In this document: positions 51,231 through 61,316 of the stretch, piece after piece
How the letters are laid out: the number at the start of each line of letters is the position of its first letter
How positions within the stretch are numbered: position 1 is the stretch's first letter
Origin: Promethearchaeia archaeon
GTDB taxonomy: Archaea; Asgardarchaeota; Lokiarchaeia; Sigyniarchaeales; SOKP01
Direction: 5' to 3'
Assembly: GCA_029856145.1 (NCBI GenBank)
Contig: JAHQWK010000004.1
Coordinates: 160,001 to 224,000 of the forward strand
DNA: 64,000 nt
Position numbers and translations under genes: made by a program
Notes under the pieces: generated by a model
Seen by the model: the letters and a program-made list of their open reading frames with translations, nothing else
Told to the model about the DNA's origin: nothing
The model's database searches: none

Positions 51231-52301
51231 GTGATAATGGAAACAACTCATAAGGTATATTTTAAAGATTCTTCTAATTTGTCTGAGGTTGAATCAGATT
51301 CCATAGATTTAATGATAACCTCACCCCCATATCCAATGATTGAGATGTGGGATTCATTATTTTCTTCTTTAAATGGTGAGATTAAACAAACCCTTGAAGA
51401 TAAGGATGGTAAGAGAGCATTTAATTTAATGCATCAAGAGCTAGATAAAGTGTGGATTGAAGTTACACGGGTGTTAAAAATAGGAGGAATAGCTTGTGTA
51501 AATATTGGAGATGCCACAAGAAAAATCGGTAAGACTTTTCAATTATTTCCTAATCATGTTAAAATAACTAATTTTTTCCAAGAAAATGATTTTATTGAAT
51601 TACCGTGCATTTTATGGAGAAAACCAACAAATAGTCCAAATAAATTCATGGGTTCCGGCATGCTCCCTCCAAATGCATATGTTACTCTTGAACATGAATA
51701 TATTTTAATTTTTAGAAAAGGTTATATTAAACGAAAAATGCCACCGAAATCGGAAAATAGATATAATAGCGCTTTTTTCTGGGAAGAGAGGAACAAATGG
51801 TTTTCAGATGTGTGGGAGGACGTAAGAGGGATTTCTCAGAATTTAAATGAAAACAATATTAATCAAAAGAATATAAGGAAACGATCAGCAGCTTTCCCTT
51901 TAGAAATCCCTTATCGCTTAATTAATATGTTTTCATTATATGAAGATATGGTTTTAGACCCGTTCTGGGGAACAGGAACAACCTCATTAGCTGCCATGAT
52001 CTCTGCAAGAAATTCAATTGGGTATGAAATCAATTCTAAATTCATGGGATTGTTTAAAAAAAATATGGGTAAGCTTAGAAAATTAAATAATGAAATAAAT
52101 AATAATAGATTACATCAACATCTTGAATTTATTAAGCATTATAGGAATAAGGTTAAAGATATTAAATATAACTCAGCTCTCTATAAATTTCCAGTAATTA
52201 CGAAACAGGAAATAGATGTTTTATTATATTGTATAAAAAATTATAGTGAAGATGAGAATAAATTTATTCTAAACCATCAAAAATTTGAATTTGCACAATA
52301 A
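51231..52301 (+). CDS. Site-specific DNA methyltransferase (N4-C/N6-A, beta class), no adjacent nuclease
   Basis: TSPPY precedes DPFWGTGTT; HEYILIFRK, AFP, GYEIN. Confidence 0.9.
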   Translation: MIMETTHKVYFKDSSNLSEVESDSIDLMITSPPYPMIEMWDSLFSSLNGEIKQTLEDKDGKRAFNLMHQELDKVWIEVTRVLKIGGIACVNIGDATRKIGKTFQLFPNHVKITNFFQENDFIELPCILWRKPTNSPNKFMGSGMLPPNAYVTLEHEYILIFRKGYIKRKMPPKSENRYNSAFFWEERNKWFSDVWEDVRGISQNLNENNINQKNIRKRSAAFPLEIPYRLINMFSLYEDMVLDPFWGTGTTSLAAMISARNSIGYEINSKFMGLFKKNMGKLRKLNNEINNNRLHQHLEFIKHYRNKVKDIKYNSALYKFPVITKQEIDVLLYCIKNYSEDENKFILNHQKFEFAQ

Positions 52302-52338
52302 ATAGATAAATTGTTTAAATCCTTCCTCGAGCAGAGCA

Positions 52339-52383
52339 TTCATCAAATAACTTTCCTTAAAAGGGTTTTTTTATTTGAGTCAT
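52339..52383 (-). ncRNA. SECIS-like hairpin in the 3' UTR of 52399..53322
   Basis: AUGAC UCAAAUAA AAAAAC CCU UUUA AGG AAAG UUAUUUGA UGAA: AUGA/GA core, perfect 8-bp stem, unpaired A-run, apical mini-stem. Confidence 0.7.
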
Positions 52384-52398
52384 TATTTTGGATTTTTT

Positions 52399-53322
52399 TT
52401 ATTCACAATCTTCTTCGGCTTGCTGGAGATTAATCTTTATAAAACCTGCTTCCTGAAGATTCCTTTGTTCAGATTTCACTGATCTATTTACCTGATGTAA
52501 ATGTTTCATAGCATTTTTTTTTCCTTCTTTGATATTTTCAATTAGTTCTTCTTTGCTAAAACCACCAGAAATAACAAGAGCTGTTTGAAAAGAATGATCA
52601 GGTTCTAAAGTCATAAATTCAATTTGCATAGCAGATAATATTTCTCCTTGTCCTTTATATATAGTATTTGAAAGGTTCATAGTCTTTCTATCGATTTTGA
52701 AATCTTTTGTTAGACATGACTCGTAGTTTGTTGATTTTGATAGAGGAGAAAACCCACCATATAAACCCGTATTATCATATTGGTAAATAACGTCACTTTC
52801 TTCATCATAGTCGGATAGATCATTATCATAACCCATAAGTCCATTTATATCAAAATCAAAAACAAAATACATTGAAAAATCTTTCAATGCAAAATCTGAA
52901 ATGTTTTTAATCGTGAAAAAAGTACTAATGTAGGGTATGTGAGGTGGATTGAAAATGTCTTTGTACACACGAACGAATTGTTTTTTTTCTATTGGGATCG
53001 ATTTCAAATTTTGTTCTTGAGACAATTTCTTAAAATACTCTGTAATATTAAAATCTAAAGTAATTCTACTTATAGCAGTCCCCGTACGAGTATTTACCAT
53101 ATTGTATATCGGTGTTGGCTCGATATTTTTGAGAATCACTGGAATTGTTCCAATTTCTTTCCCTTCTAGTGTAAAGCTAAACCAAGGACCAGTTAATTCT
53201 TGTTCACTAAGATATACAAGATACTTTCCTTTGTATGTCAGTTCTTTAATTGAAAATCCCATTACATAGCCTTGAGCGTTTCAAGTTGCAACTACATCAT
53301 GCCAAATAATTTTAAGTACTAT
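52399..53322 (-). CDS. Hypothetical protein, candidate selenoprotein (ATA start, UGA at codon 14, 307 aa)
   Basis: GGAGGT SD (53336-53331), 8 nt, then ATA; reads (M)VLKIIWHDVVAT-U-NAQGYV in frame with the track ORF MGFSIK; TGA at 53283-53281. Confidence 0.7.
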
Positions 53323-53428
53323 TTTTTTTAACCTCCTTCAAATTATTTTAAATTATTATATTTTATATAGATAGTTTATCAATTATTAAAAAAAATAAGA
53401 ATTCATAAAAAAGTTTGTAATGAATGTA

Positions 53429-54412
53429 TTAAAGGTTTTCTACAACTCTATACGCAATATATAAGAAAGCATCATTAACATTCTCACCCGTTAAAGCTGA
53501 TGTAAGAATATAATGAAAACCAAATTCGTTAGCAACCTCCTTTATCTCTTCTTCACTTATTACAATTTCATCCACTAGATCTGATTTGTTTCCCACAATT
53601 ACTACAGGGATCGTTCTTTTAAGTGTTTTTTGAATCTCATTATACCATTTTTCAATACTTTTTAGATTATTTGGACGAGTTCTATCTACAACTATGAATG
53701 CGGCATTAGCTCCGTTATAGAATCTTGCTCTATTCAAGTCAAATTGACTTTGGCCTCCAATATCCCATATAATAAAATTCAATTTTGTCTTTTCGCTTAA
53801 AATTACCGTTTTTTTGCTTAATTGGACTCCGATTGTACTAATATAGTCTTTCTCGAATCTATTTTTGATAAATCGTCTAATTAATGATGTTTTACCAACC
53901 TGATAATCTCCCGTTAATATTAATTTATTTGAATATTCTCCTGCTAAATTTGGAAGTTGACCTCCTCGAGTTTTTGACAATGCTTTTATAATCTCAGGTA
54001 TCTTTGGTGATACAAATTGATTTCCAAGTAAAATAAGTTCAATTTTAGAAGCTATATGTTCAGAATAAACCTTTAATTCAATATCCGCTGTGGATTGATC
54101 TGCTACTGTTGATAAAATTGAATTTGGCCCCATTGAACTAAAAATAAACTTCTTATCCCCTGTCTCTGTGATATTAAAGAAACTATCTGTTGTTCCAAAC
54201 TCGGCTTTAATTCTATCTATGTAAGCCTGATCTAGCGTGGCTGATAATGCTCCAATTATTGCATCTGATTCCTCCTTATTTTCTTGCTTAGACTCTGAAG
54301 CGATAATAAATCCGTTTCTATCACATATAGCCACTCCTAAAATACCTTCCACTTCATTAAAATAATTTTTTAAAATTTCTTTTAACAGATTAGTACTTTG
54401 AAGCCGTTCCAT
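53429..54412 (-). CDS. Roadblock domain fused to a Rab-like small GTPase
   Basis: GVAICDRNGFIIAS roadblock; GDYQVGKTS, YISTIG, WDIGGQ, GNKSD, TSALTG. Confidence 0.88.
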   Translation of the reverse strand: MERLQSTNLLKEILKNYFNEVEGILGVAICDRNGFIIASESKQENKEESDAIIGALSATLDQAYIDRIKAEFGTTDSFFNITETGDKKFIFSSMGPNSILSTVADQSTADIELKVYSEHIASKIELILLGNQFVSPKIPEIIKALSKTRGGQLPNLAGEYSNKLILTGDYQVGKTSLIRRFIKNRFEKDYISTIGVQLSKKTVILSEKTKLNFIIWDIGGQSQFDLNRARFYNGANAAFIVVDRTRPNNLKSIEKWYNEIQKTLKRTIPVVIVGNKSDLVDEIVISEEEIKEVANEFGFHYILTSALTGENVNDAFLYIAYRVVENL

Positions 54413-54559
54413 TGGTATTCAACTTTTTTTTAAATTACTATATTCTTAGATAATATAAAAATAATATAAATATAGGTATTTGGATAATATTAAAGTCATA
54501 TCTAAGTCCAGTTCTACATACCATTCTATTTTAAATTCATTTATTATCTTTTTTCAATC

Positions 54560-54727
54560 ATGATAGACACATCATCTCGTGATTCTGATATCATAAAATA
54601 TGAAGAAAATATAGCCCAACTCTTAGACAGAGCAGTAAAACTCTTTAGAAGAACTAATTTAAATGAATTAGCGGATAAATGGGATAAAATATTAAAGACT
54701 TACGATTCCAAAAAGAGATCTCATTAA
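54560..54727 (+). CDS. Possible 55-aa helical small protein
   Basis: MIDTSSRDSDIIKYEENIAQLLDRAVKLFRRTNLNELADKWDKILKTYDSKKRSH; fills the gap between two genes. Confidence 0.4.
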   Translation: MIDTSSRDSDIIKYEENIAQLLDRAVKLFRRTNLNELADKWDKILKTYDSKKRSH

Positions 54728-54743
54728 ACCAAGCGATTAAATT

Positions 54744-56657
54744 TTAATTATTAAGAGTTTTCAAATAATTCAGGATGTATTTTCGGTTATTATCAGTAAT
54801 CTCATATAAATTAAAAACTAATAAATCGATGGTTTCTTGGAGATGTTCCAATTCATCAAAGTTTTCTAAAATGAGTTTAACATTTTCTATTATTTTTTTA
54901 GCATTCTCTTTTTCTTTATTAGAAATAGGAACTTTAATCGGAAAATCTTCTATTTTTTCTATTAAAATTCTTGGAAATAATTTTTTATAAGTTCCAAAGG
55001 ATTTAATGAAGAAATATGAGAAAAGCATTGAATTTAAAAGCCCTAATAAATAAAAATTATTAAATTCAGAAATAGGGGATTGTTTGATTCTTAAATTATA
55101 AAAAGATTGAGAAGTTAGTGATAAATTCTTATCATATGTAGCACAAATTTTACTATTTTGGCTTAATTGTCTTATTATTATGCGATCTTCATAAAGGCTA
55201 AACTCTTTATAATTTATTCCGACTTTAGAAGTATCAATATATTTGTATTGAGTTATCTGATAACGGATTATAGAATATAGAAATAATTGAAAATTATCTT
55301 TTGTCGCATTTGAAGGAATTGCTTCATAAACTATGTTTTCACTATTCTTTTCATTTAGAGGTGAGTTACATATATGACATTTTAATTTCTTTTGAGGAAT
55401 TGGCAAATATTTATTACATATTTTACAAAATATTATCTTTCCTTTTTTAGTTAGCTCAACTCCCCTACCTAATACTAGTTTAATATTATATTTCTTTGAT
55501 AAATCCTTTAATTTCAGAAATTTTGTGCTTAATTGCTCAAGAATTAATATATCAATTTCATTTAAATGGATTAAAAATTTATAATTCCACTTTTCTATAA
55601 TATTTTGGGGGATAGATTCTTCGTGTTGATTTAACACTTTTAATTTGATATAGTTACTTTTTCTTTCTGATATATCATCTTCCTTTTCTAAAATTATAAT
55701 AATATTTGAAACAACAGGATCACTGAATTTTGGGCCTGTATGATAAATTTCTTTAATTTTTGTAGAATTATATATATATTTCCTAAGAATTGACCGATTT
55801 GAAAGAGCTAAAAGTGAATCTGGGACGATATAACCTAACATGCCCCCTTTTTTCAAAATCTTTATTCCAAGTTCCATAAATATCTGATAATAATCGTATT
55901 GACCATCATTAGTTTCAAAATTAGATGTTTCAATAATTTGCCTTTGATCTAAGGGAATATCTCTTATAAATAAATAGGGAGGGTTTCCTACTACATAATC
56001 ATACTTTTTTTCACTGTCAATCATTAATGTGTTAAAATTTTTTATATTGAACCATGGTAGATGATAGTTTGGCTCAAAAGATAAAATCAAATTTAATAAT
56101 TCGAATAAAGTGAAATGAATATTAATCTGACATAAAATACAAGCAATTGGATTAATATCTATGCCAAAAATACTCTTTTTAACTATTGAAATTATACCTT
56201 TAGCTTCTTCAACTGTTAATTCAGAAATTATTTCTCGTTTATAAATTCTAAGACATCTTTCAATCAAAATTCTAATTGCCTGGATGATAAAACTTCCAGA
56301 ACCACAGCTAATATCAATTAATTTTTTTGTTTCAATCTGCTTAAGGTAATTATAATCTACAGCATCTAAGATATATTTAACTACAGGAGAGGGAGTATAA
56401 AATTCACCAAGTTTTTTTTTCTCTTTATGATTTCGCGTCTTTTCATATATCTTACTAAACACATCAAAAGTAATATCATATAAATCAAAGGAGATACTAT
56501 CTTTTATGGTATTTTCGGCATTATTAAATGAACCAAGACTTTCAATTATTCTATTTAGGAAAACATCGCCATTATGATTATTCAAGCTAACTTTATGAAA
56601 TTGTTTTAAATTTCCAATAACATTTTCCTTTTCCAGATAATCAATAAAATCTTGCAT
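54744..56657 (-). CDS. N6-adenine DNA methyltransferase (gamma class, TaqI/Eco57I-like) with Zn-ribbon insert and C-terminal target-recognition domain
   Basis: LGEFYTP, DISCGSGSF, GIDIN, GNPPY, CKIC...CHIC, RIIIRQ, YLLGLLNS. Confidence 0.88.
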   Translation of the reverse strand: MQDFIDYLEKENVIGNLKQFHKVSLNNHNGDVFLNRIIESLGSFNNAENTIKDSISFDLYDITFDVFSKIYEKTRNHKEKKKLGEFYTPSPVVKYILDAVDYNYLKQIETKKLIDISCGSGSFIIQAIRILIERCLRIYKREIISELTVEEAKGIISIVKKSIFGIDINPIACILCQINIHFTLFELLNLILSFEPNYHLPWFNIKNFNTLMIDSEKKYDYVVGNPPYLFIRDIPLDQRQIIETSNFETNDGQYDYYQIFMELGIKILKKGGMLGYIVPDSLLALSNRSILRKYIYNSTKIKEIYHTGPKFSDPVVSNIIIILEKEDDISERKSNYIKLKVLNQHEESIPQNIIEKWNYKFLIHLNEIDILILEQLSTKFLKLKDLSKKYNIKLVLGRGVELTKKGKIIFCKICNKYLPIPQKKLKCHICNSPLNEKNSENIVYEAIPSNATKDNFQLFLYSIIRYQITQYKYIDTSKVGINYKEFSLYEDRIIIRQLSQNSKICATYDKNLSLTSQSFYNLRIKQSPISEFNNFYLLGLLNSMLFSYFFIKSFGTYKKLFPRILIEKIEDFPIKVPISNKEKENAKKIIENVKLILENFDELEHLQETIDLLVFNLYEITDNNRKYILNYLKTLNN

Positions 56658-56872
56658 ATAGAATTGAAACTTGAGACCCTTTTTTTAAAATTAAATTATA
56701 AGAATATTTCTTTTTTATTATTTGTAATTTAATAGTAGAAATTAAATATTGAGACAATGTTATAAAATTGAATAAAATACAAATTGAGAAATAAGATTCT
56801 TAAATATATCAAATTTAAATAATATTAACCTATATGTTTTTTGTCTGAGTAAAAGGAATTCATAGATGAATT

Positions 56873-57973
56873 ATGATAATCGATATATTTCTGATCATAG
56901 TTTCAATAATCATTTCTATGATTGGGCTTTCTTTTCTTTATTTCAATCGCAGAAATTTCGGTAGTAAACTAAATGTCTTTTTAAACGGCTCAATTTATTT
57001 ATTTTTGGGGATGCTATTTTTCACATTTTTCTTTTTATCCGCAGAGACTTATTTTACAGAAGATATTGTACTCGCATTGTGGTATCTCTCAATATTTTTT
57101 TGGGTTTTTTCTTTAAGTATGTTGAGTCTTATTCATAGCTTTGTAATTATTTTCGAAAAGAAAGCAGTTTTTTCAATGCTTTTTTATTCACTAATGATCG
57201 GGATAATTTTGGGGTTGTTATTCATTCCCGATTCATTTACAATTAATTTAAATAATGGATTCTATAGTTTTATATTTCAGAACATGATACTCTTGTATTT
57301 TCTACTAAGTTATAATTCTATTATAATTGGTGTAATGTGCTATAATCTTATAAAAAATTATTTCCGTATTCGAGATAATAAATCAAGAAAAATGGTAATT
57401 ATTCTTACCTTTGAATTTTGTCTTATTACAATTTTATATTCTGTTTATATTATATCGCAAAACATCATAATCAGGTATTTTTATGGTGCTCTTTATTTAG
57501 TCGGTGCAATTTTTGCGTCCTATTATTTAATTAAAAAGCCTTTTCTATTCATTGAACTAACTAATAAGATCTATGATTTTATTATCTTTCATAGAAGTGG
57601 AATTCTTCTTTATTCATATAATTTCGAGACTGGAGAAGAAACAGACGAATCTCTCTTAAAAGGGTCTATACTTATAGGAATTAATCATATTCTTTCAAAT
57701 TTTATTAATAAAAAAGATCAATTAGGTCTCATTAAAATGCAGAATAGAGATATTATATTTGAATATGATATTAATCATGGTTACGCTCTATTATTAACTA
57801 CTAATCATAAAAATGCTTTTATCGATAAAGCCGTGAGCAATTTTATGAAAAAATTCACAGGCTTAAATAAAGAAAAATTGAAGAATCTGACTGGTCTTAT
57901 TGATGTCTCAGAATTTAGAAATGCAAAAGACATGATATTAGAATTTTTTGAGCCTTTTATAATAAAAGGTTAA
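56873..57973 (+). CDS. Multi-TM (about 7 helices) membrane protein with C-terminal longin-like domain
   Basis: Hydrophobic segments over ~220 aa, then IYDFIIFHRSGILLYSYNF...GSILIGINHILS. Confidence 0.7.
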   Translation: MIIDIFLIIVSIIISMIGLSFLYFNRRNFGSKLNVFLNGSIYLFLGMLFFTFFFLSAETYFTEDIVLALWYLSIFFWVFSLSMLSLIHSFVIIFEKKAVFSMLFYSLMIGIILGLLFIPDSFTINLNNGFYSFIFQNMILLYFLLSYNSIIIGVMCYNLIKNYFRIRDNKSRKMVIILTFEFCLITILYSVYIISQNIIIRYFYGALYLVGAIFASYYLIKKPFLFIELTNKIYDFIIFHRSGILLYSYNFETGEETDESLLKGSILIGINHILSNFINKKDQLGLIKMQNRDIIFEYDINHGYALLLTTNHKNAFIDKAVSNFMKKFTGLNKEKLKNLTGLIDVSEFRNAKDMILEFFEPFIIKG

Positions 57974-58178
57974 TCAGATTAGAAAAATAGGTTTTTTGAA
58001 AAAAGAAATCTAATATAACTGATTTTTTTAAATTAATGTTAGCTTTTATCAATAATAAAATAAAATTATATTTATGACTGTGCCTTCTATAATCAATAAT
58101 ATACTTGATATTAATATATTATTTATAGAAATCACATCGTAGGTAAAGATAAACAAATTATATTTGTGAATAAATTAT

Positions 58179-59321
58179 ATGTCCAGTGTATTCTTGATAA
58201 TAATAATAATTGGATTTGTTTTCACTTTATGTGTTAGTATATATACCCTGATTTTCATCTTCAAATATCATGGCAAATATGGTATAAGATTTACAGCAAT
58301 TTTAAATTTCTTAGCGATTTTCAATGCTGTTATAATTTATTCTACTCTTTATATGTTTTCGGTACTAATTTTATTTTCTGAAAGCATCAACATCTTATTA
58401 TGGAAACTTTCTTTAATATCTGGTTTTATATCGTTATTTATTACTTCATTAATCTACACATTTTTAAACGAATTCAAGAGGATTCCATATTTTCCTTTTT
58501 TAGTCTTTACTACACTTTTTGGGTTATTAATTGGATCGTTTTTTTCACCAAATTCGGTTCAGATTTCCATCAATTCTCTCAATTCTCCCCCATTTTTGGT
58601 TAATGATATTTCAATAATAAATTACATATTTAATCTTATGACTGGATTAATCATAGGAATATTTCAATTATCCTTTGTGCTTTATTATTTCTTACTTTCT
58701 TATGTGATATATACTAAAGCAAGGAATAAAGAACCGGTTAAGGGTTTAATTGTTAATACATTTATCTTTTTTGTCCCCATCTTAATGTATATTTTATATA
58801 TTACTTTTCAGGTCTCGATTTTTAGAGAATTACATATTCTTTCTTTATGGATTAATATCTTGTCGATTTGTTATATGTTAGTGAGAAAACCCGAAATGTT
58901 TTCAGAATTAACAAATAAAATTTATTACATCAATATTTACCATAAATCAGGTATTTTATTATATTCCTATCAATTTGGAACTGAAAATAATCAGGTTGAT
59001 TCAACTATATGGGGAAATATTCTTATAGGAATCAACCATATTCTCTCTGAATTTGTTGATCCAAAAGACCAAATCGAAGTAATCCAAACTGACAACTCAG
59101 ATATTATCGTAAATTATGATAGTCTTGGATTTGCTGTGATGTTAATAACTAATCGTAAAAATCCTATTTTAAAAAAACTAATGGATAAATTTGCTAAAGA
59201 ATTTAAAAATAAATATGAAAAAGAATTAACTGAAATTCAAGATCTAAATAAATTAATTAATGTTTCTGAATTCAAACAGACCAAAGGTGTTATTGAAAAA
59301 AATTTTCAAATGTACTTATAG
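58179..59321 (+). CDS. Multi-TM protein with C-terminal longin-like domain, tandem paralog
   Basis: Shares ELTNKIY, HxSGILLYSYxF, ILIGINHILS and LIxVSEF with 56873..57973. Confidence 0.7.
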   Translation: MSSVFLIIIIIGFVFTLCVSIYTLIFIFKYHGKYGIRFTAILNFLAIFNAVIIYSTLYMFSVLILFSESINILLWKLSLISGFISLFITSLIYTFLNEFKRIPYFPFLVFTTLFGLLIGSFFSPNSVQISINSLNSPPFLVNDISIINYIFNLMTGLIIGIFQLSFVLYYFLLSYVIYTKARNKEPVKGLIVNTFIFFVPILMYILYITFQVSIFRELHILSLWINILSICYMLVRKPEMFSELTNKIYYINIYHKSGILLYSYQFGTENNQVDSTIWGNILIGINHILSEFVDPKDQIEVIQTDNSDIIVNYDSLGFAVMLITNRKNPILKKLMDKFAKEFKNKYEKELTEIQDLNKLINVSEFKQTKGVIEKNFQMYL

Positions 59322-59409
59322 AGGTTTTTTCTATTAAAATTTATAACCTATAAATATAAATAAAATAACCAACATTTGAAATTAAAAAAAATTTTGGTGT
59401 AAGAACAGA

Positions 59410-59964
59410 TTGTCAATAAAATTTTGTTCCAAATGTGGAAATGAATTAGAACCAGAAGCAACTTTTTGTCCTTCTTGTGGAGCAGATTTAGGAGTAAAAG
59501 AGGAATTTGTTAAAACAGATTCAGCTAACGTAGAATACGCAGGTTTTGGAAGTAGATTAATTGCTCTCATTATTGATAGCATCATTATCGGTCTAATTGG
59601 TTCCACTCTTTCATTTGTCATCTTTATCTCGTGGATACCTTTTAATATTTTCGATCCTCTGGGTGGATGGTGGTATGTCGGCTTTCCCTTTGATTGGATG
59701 CTTGGATTTTTATATCACTGGGGCTTTGAAGCTGGTAAAAATGGCCAGACTGTAGGGAAAATGGCAATGAAAATTAAGACTGTAGATGAGAAGACTTTAA
59801 GTGCCGCAACAACAAAGAATTATGCTATTAATAATATTTTTAAGAGTTCTCCTTTTCTAATATTAGATTTTATCATTGGAATCATCAAAAACTCAGGAGA
59901 TTCTAAAAGAAGAATAAGAATCATGCAAAATACCTCTGAGACAGTAGTAATTAATGCAAAATAA
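59410..59964 (+). CDS. RDD-family membrane protein with N-terminal zinc ribbon
   Basis: FCSKCG...FCPSCG; YAGFGSRLIALIID; GQTVGKMAMKIK. Confidence 0.85.
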   Translation: MSIKFCSKCGNELEPEATFCPSCGADLGVKEEFVKTDSANVEYAGFGSRLIALIIDSIIIGLIGSTLSFVIFISWIPFNIFDPLGGWWYVGFPFDWMLGFLYHWGFEAGKNGQTVGKMAMKIKTVDEKTLSAATTKNYAINNIFKSSPFLILDFIIGIIKNSGDSKRRIRIMQNTSETVVINAK

Positions 59965-60102
59965 GTATGCCTAAAAATTTTTAATAATCTTTTTTTATTT
60001 GTTAGAAATTTATCAGTATCTAAATATTTATAAAGGCATGTTTGTATGAATATCCTCAGAGATTATATTTTCAATATCTCATTAATAGAGATGATTCTAT
60101 AA

Positions 60103-60303
60103 ATGGAACAAATTCAAGATTATGAGTGGGCTCATGACTGGAAAATTATTGTAGGTATATTTGAAAATATTGATAAATTAAAATCATTATTTACACAATT
60201 AGATGTGCCTTACCTAAGAGTAGTTCAGCAAAAAATCCTAATATTAAATCTTGAAAAATATGCTTGGTCTTTGCAGGAATACATTATTCAGAAATACAGT
60301 TAA
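60103..60303 (+). CDS. Small helical hypothetical protein
   Basis: 66 aa, protein-like composition, occupies an intergenic gap. Confidence 0.6.
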   Translation: MEQIQDYEWAHDWKIIVGIFENIDKLKSLFTQLDVPYLRVVQQKILILNLEKYAWSLQEYIIQKYS

Positions 60304-60352
60304 TTAAGGGAATTTTAGCTAATTTTTAAAAAATATATATTTGCGCTCCAAT

Positions 60353-61069
60353 CTATTTTCTTTTCTTTATTTTATTAAAGAGATCCACAATATTTACCTT
60401 TAACATGAGGTAAACTGTAATAACAGTAAAATACATAGTAATTATACTTAATATCCAATTTTCTGCCCCCAAGAAAATACATATATTAAATAAATTATAC
60501 GCAAAAATAAGCATTAATCCTAATTTTCCAAGCCATACCCAAAAAATTGTCTTTTTCACATCATATTTTATCAAACCCAATGGTATTGTAATCATATCAT
60601 CATTTAATGGGGTAAATCCAAAAAGAAATATTAGAAAGGGGGCAAGTTTTGGATGTTCCATTAGATATTGTTGATATTTTTTTAAGTTTTCTTTACGTTC
60701 AACTGAAATTACTTCTGAAGCTCCTCTACCAACAAGATAACCCCCCATCTCTCCTACCAAGCATCCTAATGACGCGATAAATCCTACTAAAAGGGGAATA
60801 AAAATATTCATTTGTCGAAAAGGTAGGGAACTAAAACAAACTACAAAAATATACGGAGTAGGGACAGGGAGTAAGTTTCCAATCATACACACCCAAAAAG
60901 TAATGAGAAGACCAGAGCCTAAATCTTGAAAGGGGGCATAAAGCGAAATATTTTCTATAAGTTCTCTATGAGATTCATTTAATAAAAGATCTATTACTAT
61001 TATAGCTAAGGCTATAAGTAAAATAATGAAAACAAAGTCAATCTTTTTAAGTTTCAATTTAATTTCCAT
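60353..61069 (-). CDS. VTT/DedA (SNARE-associated) family membrane protein
   Basis: LLPVPTPY, GCLVGEMGGYLVGRG, FTPLNDDMITIPLG, GKL. Confidence 0.8.
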   Translation of the reverse strand: MEIKLKLKKIDFVFIILLIALAIIVIDLLLNESHRELIENISLYAPFQDLGSGLLITFWVCMIGNLLPVPTPYIFVVCFSSLPFRQMNIFIPLLVGFIASLGCLVGEMGGYLVGRGASEVISVERKENLKKYQQYLMEHPKLAPFLIFLFGFTPLNDDMITIPLGLIKYDVKKTIFWVWLGKLGLMLIFAYNLFNICIFLGAENWILSIITMYFTVITVYLMLKVNIVDLFNKIKKRK

Positions 61070-61130
61070 ATTCTTTATGATAATTAAGGTAAACGAATTA
61101 GAATTATAAAATTAATGATTTAAGAGCATT

Positions 61131-61283
61131 TTAAGGCATTGAAAGACTTATAAAAATAATACTTAAGATTATGCTAATAAAAATAACTACTATAATAACT
61201 ATCCCAAGTATTTTTCTTTTCTTATGCCTTTTTCTTAATGATATCCTGTGAAGCTGAGAAGGGCCACGTCGAACATGAGACAA
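61131..61283 (-). CDS. 50-aa tail-anchored membrane microprotein
   Basis: TTG start; MSHVRRGPSQLHRISLRKRHKKRKILGIVIIVVIFISIILSIIFISLSMP; co-oriented between the gelsolin and VTT genes. Confidence 0.65.
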   Translation of the reverse strand: MSHVRRGPSQLHRISLRKRHKKRKILGIVIIVVIFISIILSIIFISLSMP

Positions 61284-61316
61284 TGTACTTTCTTTCAAAA
61301 AGAGATGATTTTAAAA

